DNA from: the human T2T-CHM13v2.0 reference genome, Homo sapiens
Assembly: GCF_009914755.1 (NCBI RefSeq)
Contig: NC_060939.1
Reading direction: 5' to 3' (one strand)
Length of the DNA: 64,000 nt
Shown: in pieces, positions 20,572 through 36,485 of the stretch
Numbering within the stretch: position 1 is the stretch's first letter
Layout of the letters: every line of letters starts with the position of its first letter
Program-made: the position numbers and the translations under genes
Notes under the pieces: generated by a model
Told to the model about the DNA's origin: nothing
The model's input: only the letters and a program-made list of their open reading frames with translations
Databases searched by the model: none

Positions 20572-22619
20572 CTGTTCCAAAAAAGGAGTTTTTCTTTTGT
20601 CTTTATATTGTTTTCTTCTATAGTGCGGCCTCACATAGAGGAATAAAAACAACCCATTTTATTATCCCACAAAATGTCTGCTAATGAAGCAGTGTGATGT
20701 AGTGGACAGAGTATTGGATTTGGAATCACTGTCACTTATAGCACTGTGGTGTTGGGTAAGTCACTCATTCTCTCCGTGTGGAGATACTTATGATTCCTGT
20801 TATACCTACATCTTCAGGGTTGTCTGTGATGATCAAAACAAGCAAATGCTTATAAACTATCAAGCTTTATTCAAGTGATGCACGGAGCCTCAATGATGTT
20901 GTAGAACAGTCTGCCAGCTGGCCATATTTTATTTTATTTATTTTTATCATTTGTAGTTGTTTCCAACATAGTTTCTTTCTCATTATAAACTCAGAATTGG
21001 AAGATGCAACTATAATTAGATAGAGAAAAGTTATAGAAAATATTCATCCCATGTTGGAAGATATTTATGTATATTTAAAAGGTATTCTTCAAATGGCCAA
21101 GTACATTTGACCACTGATAATACCCCAGGTATCCAAACTTTTTTAGTTCTTCCTAGTCTTACTGTAGAACCAAGATCATGTTTCCTGGAGCAGCATGAGT
21201 GTCACAGTCCCTGTCACATAGGCTAACATGGGATGGATTTCAATCATATGAGTGGAAAATTACCTAATTGCCCCATCTCCTTAACATCTCTTATTTTGAA
21301 CCTTGCCTTGGGAGATAGCTTCATTCTGATTCAAAGCAGACCTACATAGATGGGGTCTTCTCTAGTTTGCCAGGATGATCAGATCTATTTCAGATTAATC
21401 TAGAAATAAGGATTTCATAATAAAATGGCTGTGCTAAGCATACTCAGAGGCTCAAAGAACTAATTCCTAATATTCAGGTCCACCAAGAATGGACCAATTT
21501 TCCTTTTGTGATCGCGACATAATCTGGAGTTAGGTTCAACTTTAAGGGATGTATTAGAAACAGATTCCTCCCAAGTCCTCCATAATCTGAGCTAGTACCT
21601 CCTCCAGGGTGGACTCTAAAGGGTGATTCTCCTGTTAGTGTCACTTGAGACACAGAATCCTCATCTTTAGCCCAACGAGGGGAGATCAGATATCAGAGAT
21701 GGGCAGACATGGGTTGAAACCCCAGCTCTGCCACTTTCTTGTTGTTTGTACAAGTTACTTAACCTCTTAGAGCAGCAGGTTCTTTATCAGTGAAATGAGG
21801 GTTAGGGATGGATATTTCCTATAGTTCTACCTGGCACATAGTAGGTACACAATAAATATAATATCGTCTTTAACGTAATATCATCATGCTTATCAGACAA
21901 AGGACTTTGGAGTCAGGATTCAAGACTCTGCAGCTGCACTACCAAAGTTTGCTGAGCCTCTTAGCCTTTGTTAATGTAACTTAACCGTGTTGGAGTTTTT
22001 AGTATTACCATTCCTTATAAATATGTTTGACAATTTTTATTTTTAGCTAGTCATCAAAGCTCTTACAAGTCAGAATTTCAAACTTGACCAGGACTATAGT
22101 TTATTTACTGGAGTGCTAGGAGAGAATGCAAAAGTGATGGTATATTGAGTACTTTTAATTTTTATTGCTGTCATATATTTTAAGCCGAATTTGTTTCTAA
22201 ACAACATGAAAAGTTACTATTAACATTTTTGCCATTTGTGAGAGACAAATGCCGCTTGCTTACTCTCAGCCTTTTGGGTGATAAATATATACTTGCTTCT
22301 GGAAATGACAGCAGACACTTTCATATCTTAGGAAATCATGGTTTTGTTAGTTCATCATCTGTTGTTAGTTCCTGCTCCTGAAGAGCAAACCTTAGAATAT
22401 TGTCTTTAGCAAAGACACCAGTATGGAGTAGGATTTTCACATTATGAAATTTTAATGACTATTAGCCTAGGAGCTCCTTGAGACTCATAACTTTTCATTG
22501 TTGTATTCCTCAGTGCCTAGCGTAGTGTCAGGCTCATGGAGGTGCCCACTAATTCTTTTTCTTTTTTCTTGTTTAGCTCATTGGCAAGAAGAATTTAATA
22601 TTTTTTTCCTTCTCTGTTT

Positions 22620-22916
22620 TATTTTTTTCTTTCTGAAAGAGGGTCTCGCTCTGTCACCCAGGATGGAGTGCAGTGGCGTGATCATAGCTCACTGTAGCCT
22701 CGACCTCCTGGGCTCAAGCAATCATCCCACCTCGGCCCCATCAGTAGCTGCGACTACAGGTGCTTGCCACCATGCCTGGCTCATTTTTGTATTTTTTGTA
22801 GAGACGGGATTTTGCCATGTTCCCAGGCTGGTCTTGAATTCCTGGGCTCAAGTGATCCTCTTGCCTATGCCTCCCAAAGTGCTGGGATTACAGGTGTGAG
22901 CCACTGTGCCCAGCCA
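22620..22916 (-). mobile_element. AluJ
   Basis: Alu consensus. Confidence 0.88.
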
Positions 22917-23471
22917 CTAATTCTTTGTCAAATTAAATCTTGAAATTTGCCCTTGCCTTAGTCAATCTGATTTTCGCTAAATTTGCCTTCATTTGACTAA
23001 GGTAAACCTTATTGTATCTATCATGTGTGGTTGAGCACTCTTTAGCCATATCTGTTACATAGCTAAAATGAAGCAGCCTCCGTCAGTTTTCTGTTCTACA
23101 ATTTGATAAATGGATTATACTCACACGTAGGATAAGGAATTGGTTGTAAATCAGATAAGGGGCCAAATCTCCCACTTTTCTGACTTCAGTATCATAATCT
23201 CCAAATATGGACTTCAGCCTTCAACTTTGAGTCCTGCAAAGGTATATTACCTATGCAAAATAGATTAAATATCAGTTTTTCAGAATGCACACATTTTTTT
23301 CTGCTTTCTTCTCTCACCCTCAGAAATTCATGCCAAGATCTGCCGTCTATGGTTGTGATCTGTTCCTAAAATGGCCAGCGTCATTTTTCTTCACACTTCT
23401 CATTCTGCTGATAGACAATTTGAGGTTAAAAATACATAGTCATTGTGTTTTCACATTTCTTAACTTCTTTG

Positions 23472-24027
23472 TGTTACAGGAAAGGGGTTCTGATCCAGAC
23501 CCCAAGAGAGGGTTCTTGGATCTCATGTAAGAAAGAATTCAGGGCGGGTCTGCAGTGCAAAGTGAAAGCAAGTTTATTAAGAAAGTAAATGAGTAAAAGA
23601 ATGGCTACTCCATAGACAGAGCTGCCCCAAGGGCAGCTGGTTGCCCATTTTTATGGTTTTTTTTAAAATGATATTGCTAAACAAGGGGTGGATTATTCAT
23701 GCCTCCCCTTTTTAGGCCATATAGGGTAACTTCTTGACATTGCCATGACATTTGTAAACTGTCATGGTGCTGGTGGGAGTGTAGCAGTGACAACGACCAG
23801 AGGTCACTCTTGTGGCCATTTTGGTTTTGGTGGCTTTGGGCTGGTTCCTTTAGGGCAAACTGTTTTATCAGCAAGGTCTTTATGAGCTTTATTTTGTGCT
23901 GACGTCCTGTCTCATCCTGTGACTTAGAATGCCTTAGCCATCTGGGAATGCAGCCCAGTGGGTTTCAGCCTTATTTTACCCAGCTCCTGTTTAAGATGGA
24001 GTTGCTCTGGTTCACACGCCTCTGACA
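23472..24027 (-). mobile_element. MER41 solo LTR (MER41A-like, ERV1)
   Basis: TG...CA ends, 4-bp TSD tttg, 556 bp; minus strand starts tgtcagaggcgtgtgaaccagagcaactccatctt. Confidence 0.85.
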
Positions 24028-24639
24028 TTTGCATCCACTGTTGTATGTATTTCCTGACCTAATGACAATGAGGACCAAACTGAGAACACCAAAACTGTGA
24101 CCACTAGATACAGAAATCCTGCCCCAGGCTTGCCTGAGGACATCTTTGAAATAACACTGTGCCTGTAAAGTTATCTGTGAGTGAATAGTTCTGTTTTTGT
24201 TTTTCGTGTTAGTAACTTAGGGTTACTGTTAGGGTGCTGCAAACGTACTTTTGGATCAGGCAGAAACGGGGTAAATGAAGTTAACATTGTAAAATACTAA
24301 CTTTTCAATTGCAGAGGTTAATTTACAAGTTGATGTTCAATTTTGTTTTATTTAGTTTTGGTTGTTTTCCTCAACCGTTCATGTATGGAAACATTCTGGC
24401 TCTGTCCACCCAGGAACCCAGAATTCTTCACCCTCTGAACCCCTGGATTTGTTTTTAAAATAATCTGTGCATACCTGCTGTTTGTTTTGTTCTTAACTTC
24501 ATTGTATTATGGGGCTTTATAAACAGAAAGATGAGTTAAAAATATAACAAAACAAATTGTTCACCAAGGCTGCTTTTGCCCTTTGTCTGTGTGGGAATTC
24601 ACCATGATCCTCAGCTGAGCAGCTTTTAAAATCCAGTGA

Positions 24640-24975
<336 letters not shown>

Positions 24976-24978
24976 TAG

Positions 24979-25095
<117 letters not shown>

Positions 25096-26279
25096 TGAGC
25101 TCACTTTATTAAAACTTGTACTGCTGCCCTCTCCTGTTTTACAGCTGATTAGATTAATTGAATGTGGCTAATAAATTATGATATGGCAAACTCAGAATTA
25201 TCTGTGTTAATTAGGGACAGGGATAGCCTGGAAAAATGAATTCTGCAAATGATGCCTTTCCTCCTGGATTTGTTTCTGCAGATGGTCATAAAACACAGCA
25301 TGTGAAAGCAAGTTCATGTCTTGATCCCTTTCTTTGTTTCCCACATGCTGTCTTGCAGGTGACAAGAAATAAACTGGAACTGCAGTATTAGAGAAAGAGG
25401 AACATATTTGTCTGGGCTCTTTGGTGGATAATGATTGCAGTCCCCAATTCACACTAGCTCTTTCAGATGGAGTGTGTGAATTAGTTGTTTGGTGCCCTTT
25501 TTTTGTGCTTTTTTTCCCATAGAAACAAGATTATACTAAATGCTAAGATTTTGCAAGGGCAGCCCCTAAAAGCTTCTTTAATTCAGAATTTGAAGTATAC
25601 TTACAGTGAGTACTATTTTCGCTATTGTATGTATAATATTTTCTTCAGAATTTATCAATGCAAAAATAATGAGTAAGTGAAAACTTTAGTTTGTAATTTT
25701 GAAAATCATCTCACATTAATATACTTAGCCTAACATAGCTATATAATTGTTTTACATGTTGCTTTCCATATGTACATGTATTTTCTACATGGTTGCAGAC
25801 AGTGCATTTTATATTTTGCCACGTTTATAACATGATAACATAAATATTTTCGAGATCTCTATATAACCTTGGTAACAATCAAGGATCACTTTTAATAGCT
25901 TCAAAATATTCCTTCATGGTAAATAAGACACAAAGCCTTCAGTGGCTACCCCAGCATTGGGAAATAAGGGGTGGGGGAGAGGAGGAAAGCTATTTTCCAG
26001 GAAGTATTTCTATGCATGCCTAAGAGAAGACATATCTTTTGGTTGCTCACTCCCAGGTATTCTGCTATAGAAATAAAGGTCATTGCCCTTCGGGGCTCAA
26101 GTTCAGGCTAGAGATTTCCAAATGAGTCTTCGGTATCTTATGTGTCAGTCATTTGGGGTGACTGCCTGATGATGACCTGTTTAAAAAGCATCTTGTAACT
26201 TTGAAAAATATTCCTGAGGAAGATAGGTGCTCACAGACATTCAGTGATCCTTAATGTATTTCTCCAGTATTTGAAAAGA

Positions 26280-27697
<1,418 letters not shown>

Positions 27698-29829
27698 GGA
27701 GAGTATGACTTTAGGTTTTTCTCTACTGCCTCTAGTAATTTGGTAAAGACCCTTCCTCCTCCCCTCTCTGCTAAAATGTTTATTTGTATTAATTGGGTGG
27801 GAAAATTACCAAATTTTACAGTTCATACCAATATAAGCTGAAATATTTCTGAACAAAGTGACTTGGGAATTTTCCTGGAAAGTAAAAATATGTATACAGC
27901 TAAAGTTTGTTTTAACCCTGGTTATTATCTGATACATTACATGGATAGCATTCTTTTTAATTTTTTCTTTTTAAGAATTCATTCTAAAAGGGAAAAGAGA
28001 TATCATTTGTTTTTAGTTAGTTGTACTATGTAGTGTTATTACTTAGTTCTATTAGTTTATTTTTTTAGCTTTCATTTACCTCTAAATGAATGGAAAATAC
28101 GATACATGGTCAATACTTGGAAAGAGCCAAATAATCAGTTTCACTGCATTTTTGGTGCAACATCATTGGAATGTAGTTGTAATTTTTTCCAGTGATAATT
28201 CCAGTGATTTGGCAATATGGTCTTCCCATAGCAATAGCGCCTTAGTACCTAAAATCAGGGATTTGCGTGTTTTTTTTTTTTTTTTAACTTCAGTTTTTGA
28301 ATGTCTTCAGAGTATTCACCTCACCCTTAAATGAAACAGATCTGACTCAGTTGTCAGAATTCAAACAAGGAAATTCTAGGTTTAGGAAATAATAGAGGTT
28401 CATACTCGAGGGGTTTTCCTGCTACAAAGGTACACTTTATCAGAAACAATGGATGCAGCAAGAGAGACGCAACTGGTTTTGTTTTGGAGCAGTTTGGTTC
28501 TTGAGATAATGATGAATTAATAGTGGGGAAAGAAATGGAAGCTCAGAGGCATTCTGAACTTTCATTCTTTAAGAAAGGTTAGTTCACCAGTTAGCCCCTT
28601 TATGAAAAGAGACTTTATTGAAGGTACAACATCTGTTCACTGAGAATCTCTAAAATCCACATTTTGACATCTTCGAGCTTATTGCTACTTCTAGATTGAG
28701 TAACACTTGAAACACATTTCCTTTTCAAAGTGCAAGATTTGCAAAAGAGACTTGTCATGAAGTCTTTTGGCCTGGCTTAAATGGTGAGCTGAATGCTGGA
28801 TAATCTCTGCTGGCTCCTTAATCAGATTTAAAATTCTCAGTGTTTCCTAATTGTTTCTGCATACTTTACCTGAGTTGTAGCTGTATTATTACACTTTATT
28901 TGCTATTTTTGTCTTTCTTGACTTTTGGTAGTTCTAGCATTTAGAAACCTTTTATTTATGATTCAACACATAGTTATATTTTAGTAGTTATCATTTGATA
29001 TATAGTTATTTATTTTGCTCATTTATTTCCCAGAGATATATTAAGGGTTAATTAGATCATTATATTTTAACCTTACAAATTAAAGCCCTTCGAGACTCAA
29101 ATAGAGACATTGTTTAAAACTATTCTTAATTGTACTATTTGTATATCTATAATGCATGTTTATGGCTCAAAGAGAAATTAGTAAATTCTTCCTAATTTCT
29201 GAAATTAGTTTATGAGTTTGTTATATTTTGTTGGTATGATTAGATCTTATGGGTACAGCTGTCATATGAAGAATGCCAAGAATTGAATTTAATTTAGTAA
29301 CAAATAGAAAATTCTGAAACAGTGTAAAGCCGTTCAGCTTTTTTAGCAGGAAGTGGTAATGTGTGTCACTGTTGACATATATAAATGCCATTTAATTTGC
29401 CACTTCCTATTCATAGGATGGAAGAACCAAACACGTCAGAAAATTCTAGTCCATCTTCTTAGTTTATCAGGTTTTTTTTTAAGGGCAAGTTATATTTGCT
29501 GACCATTTGTCCCCCTTAAAAAATGCCCCGTTTTCCTCTGTTGGGTTGAACAAAGCTAAAATAAACGTATTTGGCTGCCAGTGATCATTTCACACTGTTG
29601 TTAAATGTTTTCTAAACTTACTTTTATTGTGTTTTTCCTCCTAAACTTTAGACTTCCTAATTTTCAAACAAGAAAACAATTTTAATATAAATAAACAAAA
29701 ATTTAAATAGTTATAAATATATCCAGCAAAATAACTTATACTTGGTGAAAATAGCTTTATAACTTATGCGACGTATATTTATGAAAGAACAATGCCTTGA
29801 CCTCTTTTTTTTCAATCTAAGTAACATTC

Positions 29830-30154
<325 letters not shown>

Positions 30155-31843
30155 TAACATTCTTGATTTATTTCTACCTTTACATTTTCTCCAAGTCCTT
30201 TATTTTGAGAAAAAAATATTTTAAAGCTTCAGTTTATGACTCATTTTTTATTTCAGTAGTCCATTTTTCTAATTAGAGATTTCAACTAATTATCCTAAAA
30301 TCAGCTACTCTAAAATTTCATTAATCTAAATTCAAACCAAAAAAAGCATAAGCAAAATTTGATTGTCAAAGAAAGTTTCAAAACTGGCAAGAACTGTATC
30401 TTTATTGTTAATCAAAATCTTAAGGAGGTGAATGTAGCATTTCTTTAAAGTAGACTTCAATATTTGGGAAACTATTTTTCTATTTCTGGAAGATCTCTGA
30501 AATGTAAATATACAAACCACATAACCCATATTCAGATAGCCTGGGATCACGTGTTTCCAAATGTACTTTTGAAACAAAGTCCTGTTTTTTTTTCCTTTTT
30601 AACTGTAAAAGCACAGTATTTAACTTCTGCTTCTTAGTGGGTCAAAGGGGATAGATAACCTTTGTAGAAAAATGTGCAGTGCTGTGAGTAAACCCAGCAT
30701 TGAAATCTTGCATTGTTATGATTCATTGAAAGGCTGAATGACCCAGAAGTCTGAATTTTTTTTCAAGGTTCTCATGACTGCAGCCAAATTAGTCTTTTAA
30801 AAGAAATTCAGTGGGAACCAGGTATAGAAAACCTTAGTTGAAGGTCCCTGATGTTTTTCTACCCCTGATTTTTCTGGACCAGGCAGCAGACTTCCCCAGG
30901 AGACCCAAGATAGTACTCAAAGCAGGAGAGCTGTGTGTGTTCTAAGCTGCAGCACCCACCGGCCAAAATGCATCAAGTCACAGCTTATGCTGAAGGTCAG
31001 GAGAACTAGTTGGCCCTAGAGAGAGAGTTCCGAAGGCCAAGAAAACTACTCTTTCCCACACTCCAGCAATGGTATCCTTTCACCCATTCACAAACGCAGG
31101 GGCAACCTCCCTATTCTCTTGAAACAGAAAAGATTATGTTATTAATATCTGTTGACTGACTAATTTAACTTTAGTGTAAAAGAGTCTTGTCAATCTGTCC
31201 CTTTACCATGTTCAATTATATCTAATTTGTGGAATGAAAAGTGGCCCAGTACTGCTCATTCCAAGTTCCTTTTCCCTGTTAGATCTGTTAACTATGGACT
31301 TGGGCCAGGTTGAAAGTTTCCTTCTTTCTGTTTTGCTGGCCAAGCCCTTCCCCTCAGCTGCCTCCAGCGACATCACTGGTTGCTGAGAAATATCTGGTAA
31401 GCAGTACTCTGGGTAAGAGCTTGCTCCTTACCCCTCACTGGTGCCACGTGGTGAGGTATCTGCGAGCTCTGATGCCCTGTGGGTTGCGCTGGACAATGCA
31501 GAAACCTCAAATACCACCCTGCCTTCTCCTCAGAGGTGCAGGAAAGAGCCTCCTGGCCCAAACCTCCCACCCCAAGGGTGGGGCAGTGGCTGTCCGCCTT
31601 CTCCCATTGAATGGAAAATCAGAACTCCTTTGTTCTTCCTGCCAGAGTGCCACTCCCAACAGTGACCCAAATGTGTATTCTTCACTTGTCCTTGGTCCAA
31701 GTCAAAACTCCTTTTCCTCGAGGTGGAGAAGAAAAGTCCCCGAACCCCCTGCTTGAAATCAGAGTAGCTAGCATTCCTTGCCACCCCACTTCCCTGCTCT
31801 GCCCCTCACTTTCTGAACTTGATCCAATCTGAACTTGATCCAG

Positions 31844-32202
31844 TATTAGTTACCTGGAAATCTGACATGTGAAGGCATGCATTCATTAATGGTAGTGGAA
31901 AAATCAACCAAAATTTCAGAGATAAAATGTACCCTAGAAGATTTAGTCAGGGAAAAAGCAGGCACTACCATACCATCCTTGTTCGATATAAAGAAGGACT
32001 GTAAGCCATTGGTGACCAGGCATGGATGGGGTGGGCTACCAAGGGCTCACAGGACCTCTTTATACTGTATTGAATAAGAGCGATAGAGCCTGCTTTTCCC
32101 CTGACTAAATCTTCTAAGGTACCGCTCATCTCTAAAATTTGGTTTGGTTTTTTACTGCCGTTAATGAACATACCTCCATGTATGTTTTCCAGGTTACTAA
32201 TA
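31844..32202. repeat. Long imperfect inverted repeat (fold-back); arms ~170 bp, loop ~15 nt
   Basis: tattagttacctggaaa ... tttccaggttactaata; internal ctagaagatttagtcagggaaaaagcagg pairs with cctgcttttcccctgactaaatcttctaag. Confidence 0.92.
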
Positions 32203-33394
32203 TTTGCTTTTTAAAAGAATTTCAAAAACTTTTAGACCTATTAAAGTATAGCTAATATAAGACATTCTCATGTCCATGTACCCACCACTCAATTTTAGAA
32301 ATAATAAATTATAGAGTCAAAGTCCCCTATGAATCCCTCCTCTTCCATTTCTCTCTAGAGGTAACATTGAGTATTATCCTTAATTTGTTAATAATCATTC
32401 CTATCCATGTTTTATACTGTAATTATACATGGATATATATATAAAAATATACTATATATATTTTATATATATGAATGATAATACTGTTGTTTTGGCATTT
32501 TAAATATTTTTTTCAGAAATATACAAATTGGTTTGACTGTATATTTCTGCAACTTGTTCTTTTCACTTACCATCATCTTTTTTAGATTCATCTATGTTGA
32601 TAAATATGGCTTTTGTTCACTGCTCGAGTATTCCTACTCTACTTGTATACCAAGGCATTCTCCAGTTGGTGGACGTTTAAGTTGTTGCCTGTGTTCTATA
32701 CTATGACCCTTAAAGAGGAAGTTTCCCCACCAAGATGTGGATGTTCTTGTACGTCTCCCTTTGGGAAGGTCTGATCTTTAAAAGCCAAAACTTGATTTTA
32801 ACCTAACCTTTTTTTATTGGTCTTCGTGAATCTGAGTAAATTGCTGCATCTCTCTTGGCCTCAGTTTTCTTAGCCACACGGACAGGACTGAACTAAATGA
32901 TCTCTAAGGTACTTCTCAAGTCTATAATTCTATGATTCTCTTTCATACTTATTTCCCTGCCTCCTTATGTTATAAGCAACCATTTAGCATAAGAGTCAAT
33001 TCAGGAAAGCAAAATCTGTTAGAGAGAGTTTCTAAATTCAAAATGAAAATGCCTTTGAGTCATTCCCTTGGGAATGTTTTCTTACAGTTTATATTTCCTA
33101 CTGTATTGACTAGATAAATATTAATAAGGAAAGTGGGACTACTTTAAAACCATCAAAAAATGAGTGTTGAGGTATATTTGAGCAACATGGAAATACCTTT
33201 GGAATCTTGCCTTCTAAACTCAGATGTTGGATTGTGTTTCCAGCTGGGTGGGCTGCATGCCTCCTGGTGGGTCATGGACTGCTCATGAGTCAGGATGACT
33301 CAGGGTCATCATTTTGAACATGAATTATTATATTATGTGCTGCCAAAAAATGATGTTCTCAAAAAGACTTTTGAAATACAAAAAGTCTTTTAAA

Positions 33395-34930
33395 AAAAAA
33401 TTGCGGGTACATAGTAGATGTATATATTTATGGGTTACATGAGATATTTTGATACAGGCATGCAATGAGTAATAATAATCACATCAGGGTAAATGGAGTA
33501 TCCATCACCTCAAGCATTTTTATCCTTTGTGTTACAAACAGTCCAATTATACTTGTAGTTATTTTAAAATGTATAATTAAATTATTTTTGATTATAGTCA
33601 CCTATTGTCCTAGCAAATACTAGGTCTTATTCTAACTATTTTTTGTACCCATTAACCATTACCACTTTCCCCTACCCCCCACTACCCTTCCCAGCCTAAC
33701 CATTCTTCTACTCTCTATCTCCATGAATTCAATCATTTTAATTTTTAGCTCCCACAAATAAATTAGAACATGCGAAGTTTGTCTTTCTGTACCTGGCTTA
33801 TTTCACTTAATATAATGACCTCCAGTTCCATCCATGTTGATGCAAATGACAGGATCTCATTCTTTTTATGGCTGAATAGTACTCCATTGTGTATATGTAC
33901 CACATTTTCTTTGTCCATTCATCTGTTGATGGATGCTTAGATTGCTTCCAAATCTTGGCTATTGTGAATAGTGCTGCAATAAACATGGGAGTGCAGTTAT
34001 TTCTTTGACATACTCATTTCCTTCCTTTTGGAGCAGGATTGCTGGGTCATATGATAGCTCTATATTTGATTTTGTGAGGAGACTTCAAACTGTTCTCCAT
34101 AGTGGCTGTACTAATTTGCATTCCCACCCACAGTGTGCAAGGGTTCCCTTTTCTCCACATCCCTGCCAGTGTTTGTTATTGCCTATCTTTTGGATAAAAG
34201 CCGTTTTAAATGGGGTGAGATGATATCTCATTGTAGTTTTCATTTGCATTTCTCTGATGATCACTGATGTTGAACACCTTTTCATGTATCTGTTTGCCAT
34301 TTGTATGTCTTTTGAAAAATGTCTGCTTAGGTCTTCTGCTCATTTTAAAATCAGATTATAAGATTTTTTCCTGTAGAGCTGTTTGAGCTCCTTATATATT
34401 CTGATTATTAATAGCTTGTCAGATGGGTAGTTTGCAAATATTTTTTCCCATTCTGTGTGTTGTCTCTTCACTTTGCTCATTGTTTCCTTTGCTGTACAGA
34501 AGCTTTTTAACTTGATGTGATCCTGTTTGTTCATTTTTGCATTGGTTGACTGTGCTTGCAGGGTATTACTGTAGAAATATTTGCCCAATCCAATGTCCTG
34601 GAGAGTTTCCCCAATGTTTTCTTTTAGTAGTTTCATAGTTTGAAGTCTTAGGTTTAAGTCTTTAATCCATTTTGATTTGATTTTTGTATATGGCAAGAGG
34701 TGGGGGTCTAGTTTCATTCTTCGGCATACAGATACCCAGTTTTCCCAGCACCATTTATTGAAGAGACTGTCCTTTCCCCCAATGTATGTACTTGGCACCT
34801 TTGTCAAAATGAGTTCACTGTAGATATATAGATTTATCTCTGGGTTCTCTGTTCTGTTCCACTGGTATATGTGTCTATTTTTATGCTAGTACCATGCCAT
34901 TTTGGTTACCATAGCTCTGTAGTATAATTT
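33395..34930 (-). mobile_element. L1MA-type LINE 3' region (ORF2 C-terminus plus 3' UTR)
   Basis: ORFs 34340-34807 ([11 protein letters not shown]...[20 protein letters not shown]) and 34085-34300 ([13 protein letters not shown]) are L1 ORF2p-like. Confidence 0.92.
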
Positions 34931-35519
34931 AAACAAAGGGCTTTTTGACCTGAAGGATAATGTCCTTCAAAAACTATGTTTTTTGAGATTGTATAGTCCT
35001 TTTAAATTAAAAAAAAAAAAAAGTTGCTCCCTTACTGCCAGGATGACCTCTGGTTCTTGCTGCTGTTGGTGTGATAGCCCCCTCCTTCTTTCTAGTCTCC
35101 AGTCATCTGGGGCTAGGGGATAAGCCAAGTCTTTGGAGTTGTGGGCTGGAGGACTCTCCTAGCAGCTGTGGTCACAGTTCAGCACAGAGATGTTGTGGCA
35201 GCTACTTGGGCTGCTCATTGTCCCCTTTTTCTTTCTTATTTTCTAGTTCTTAGCTGAACACTACATGAAATTGCCTTCAGAGAAGTACTACAGTTTCTCA
35301 TTAAATGTAATAACATTCATGACAGGATAGTAGTGCAGCTCTTTCATATAGATATGAGTATACAGTTTGTCCTTTCATATAGCTATGAATATAAAATTTT
35401 ATTAATGAGATAGGTTTGAGTATTATATAGAGGATATATAATAGGTATATAATATAGAGGATATTATGATTTTTCTCAATAGCCTTTCTATTCTATTTTT
35501 AGCAGCCTATGGATTCTAG

Positions 35520-35985
35520 GAGTGACCCAGCTCCAGGGATAGGCCTTGATTAATCTAAATTTAGAGAATGGATTTAGATTAATCCAATCTTGGTAATTCC
35601 CCGTGGCAGTGATTAGTTCAGGAATTCAGCCTTAGCCTGCCAGAACATGACATTCCCATGGTTATAAGTCCAGAAATGAGACATGAAGGAAAACTTGTTG
35701 GAGGCTTTGGGGAAATGCTTTCTCACTTTTGAGAGGAAGAGGAAAATAATCTCTTTTCTTCTGGTATTGCTGTTGTGGTCAGGAACTGCTATCAGTCAAG
35801 AGTGTGAAATTGATACTCCCTGGAGGGCAGAACCCAGGGAGGTGCAGAGAAATGAGCTGGAGCCCTAGATTGAGCCATCTCTGAACCCCATTCACCACTG
35901 GACTTGTTGTAGATGAGTCAACAAATTGCCTTAAGCTAGTTTGATTTGGGGTTTCTGCTATTTGCAGCTGAAAGCATCCTGATTA
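35520..35985. mobile_element. LTR16-like ERVL LTR
   Basis: cccagctccaggga ... gggtttctgctatttgcagctgaaagcatcctga. Confidence 0.6.
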
Positions 35986-36188
35986 TATTATCATTTTACA
36001 GCTAATTATTCTTTTAATCCCTGGAGTAGCATCAGGAAATTATCTTTGCTTTAAATTTTAACATGAATGTTAATCCACTACTGATATTATTGTCAAGCTA
36101 ATTGTAATGTGTCTTCATTTTCTTATTGGAATAAGATTTCTCAGCATCCTGACTATTGTAACTATAATATATTAAGAAATTTCCGAAG

Positions 36189-36485
36189 TTTTTTTTTTTT
36201 TTTTTTTTGAGACAGAGTCTCACTCTGTTGCCCAGGCTGGAATGCAGTGGTGCAATCTCGGCTCACTGCAACCTCTACCTCCTGGGTTCAAGTGATTCAT
36301 TTTCCTGCCTTAGCCTCCCCGCTAGCTGGGATTACAGGCACCCACCACCACACCCAGCTAATTTTTTTAGTAGAGTAGGGGTTTTGCCATGTTGGCCAGG
36401 CTGGCCAACTCCTGACCTCAGGTGATCTGCCTGCCTTGGCCTCCCAAAGTGCTGGGATTACAGGCGTGAGCCACCGCACCTGGCC
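36189..36485 (-). mobile_element. AluS
   Basis: Alu consensus. Confidence 0.9.

Noticed and set aside
31310-31756. 148-aa non-Alu ORF
   Set aside because: Non-ATG start and no recognisable domain; expected by chance in a GC-richer patch
34085-34807. ORFs resembling a real protein
   Set aside because: Broken L1 ORF2p C-terminal remnants
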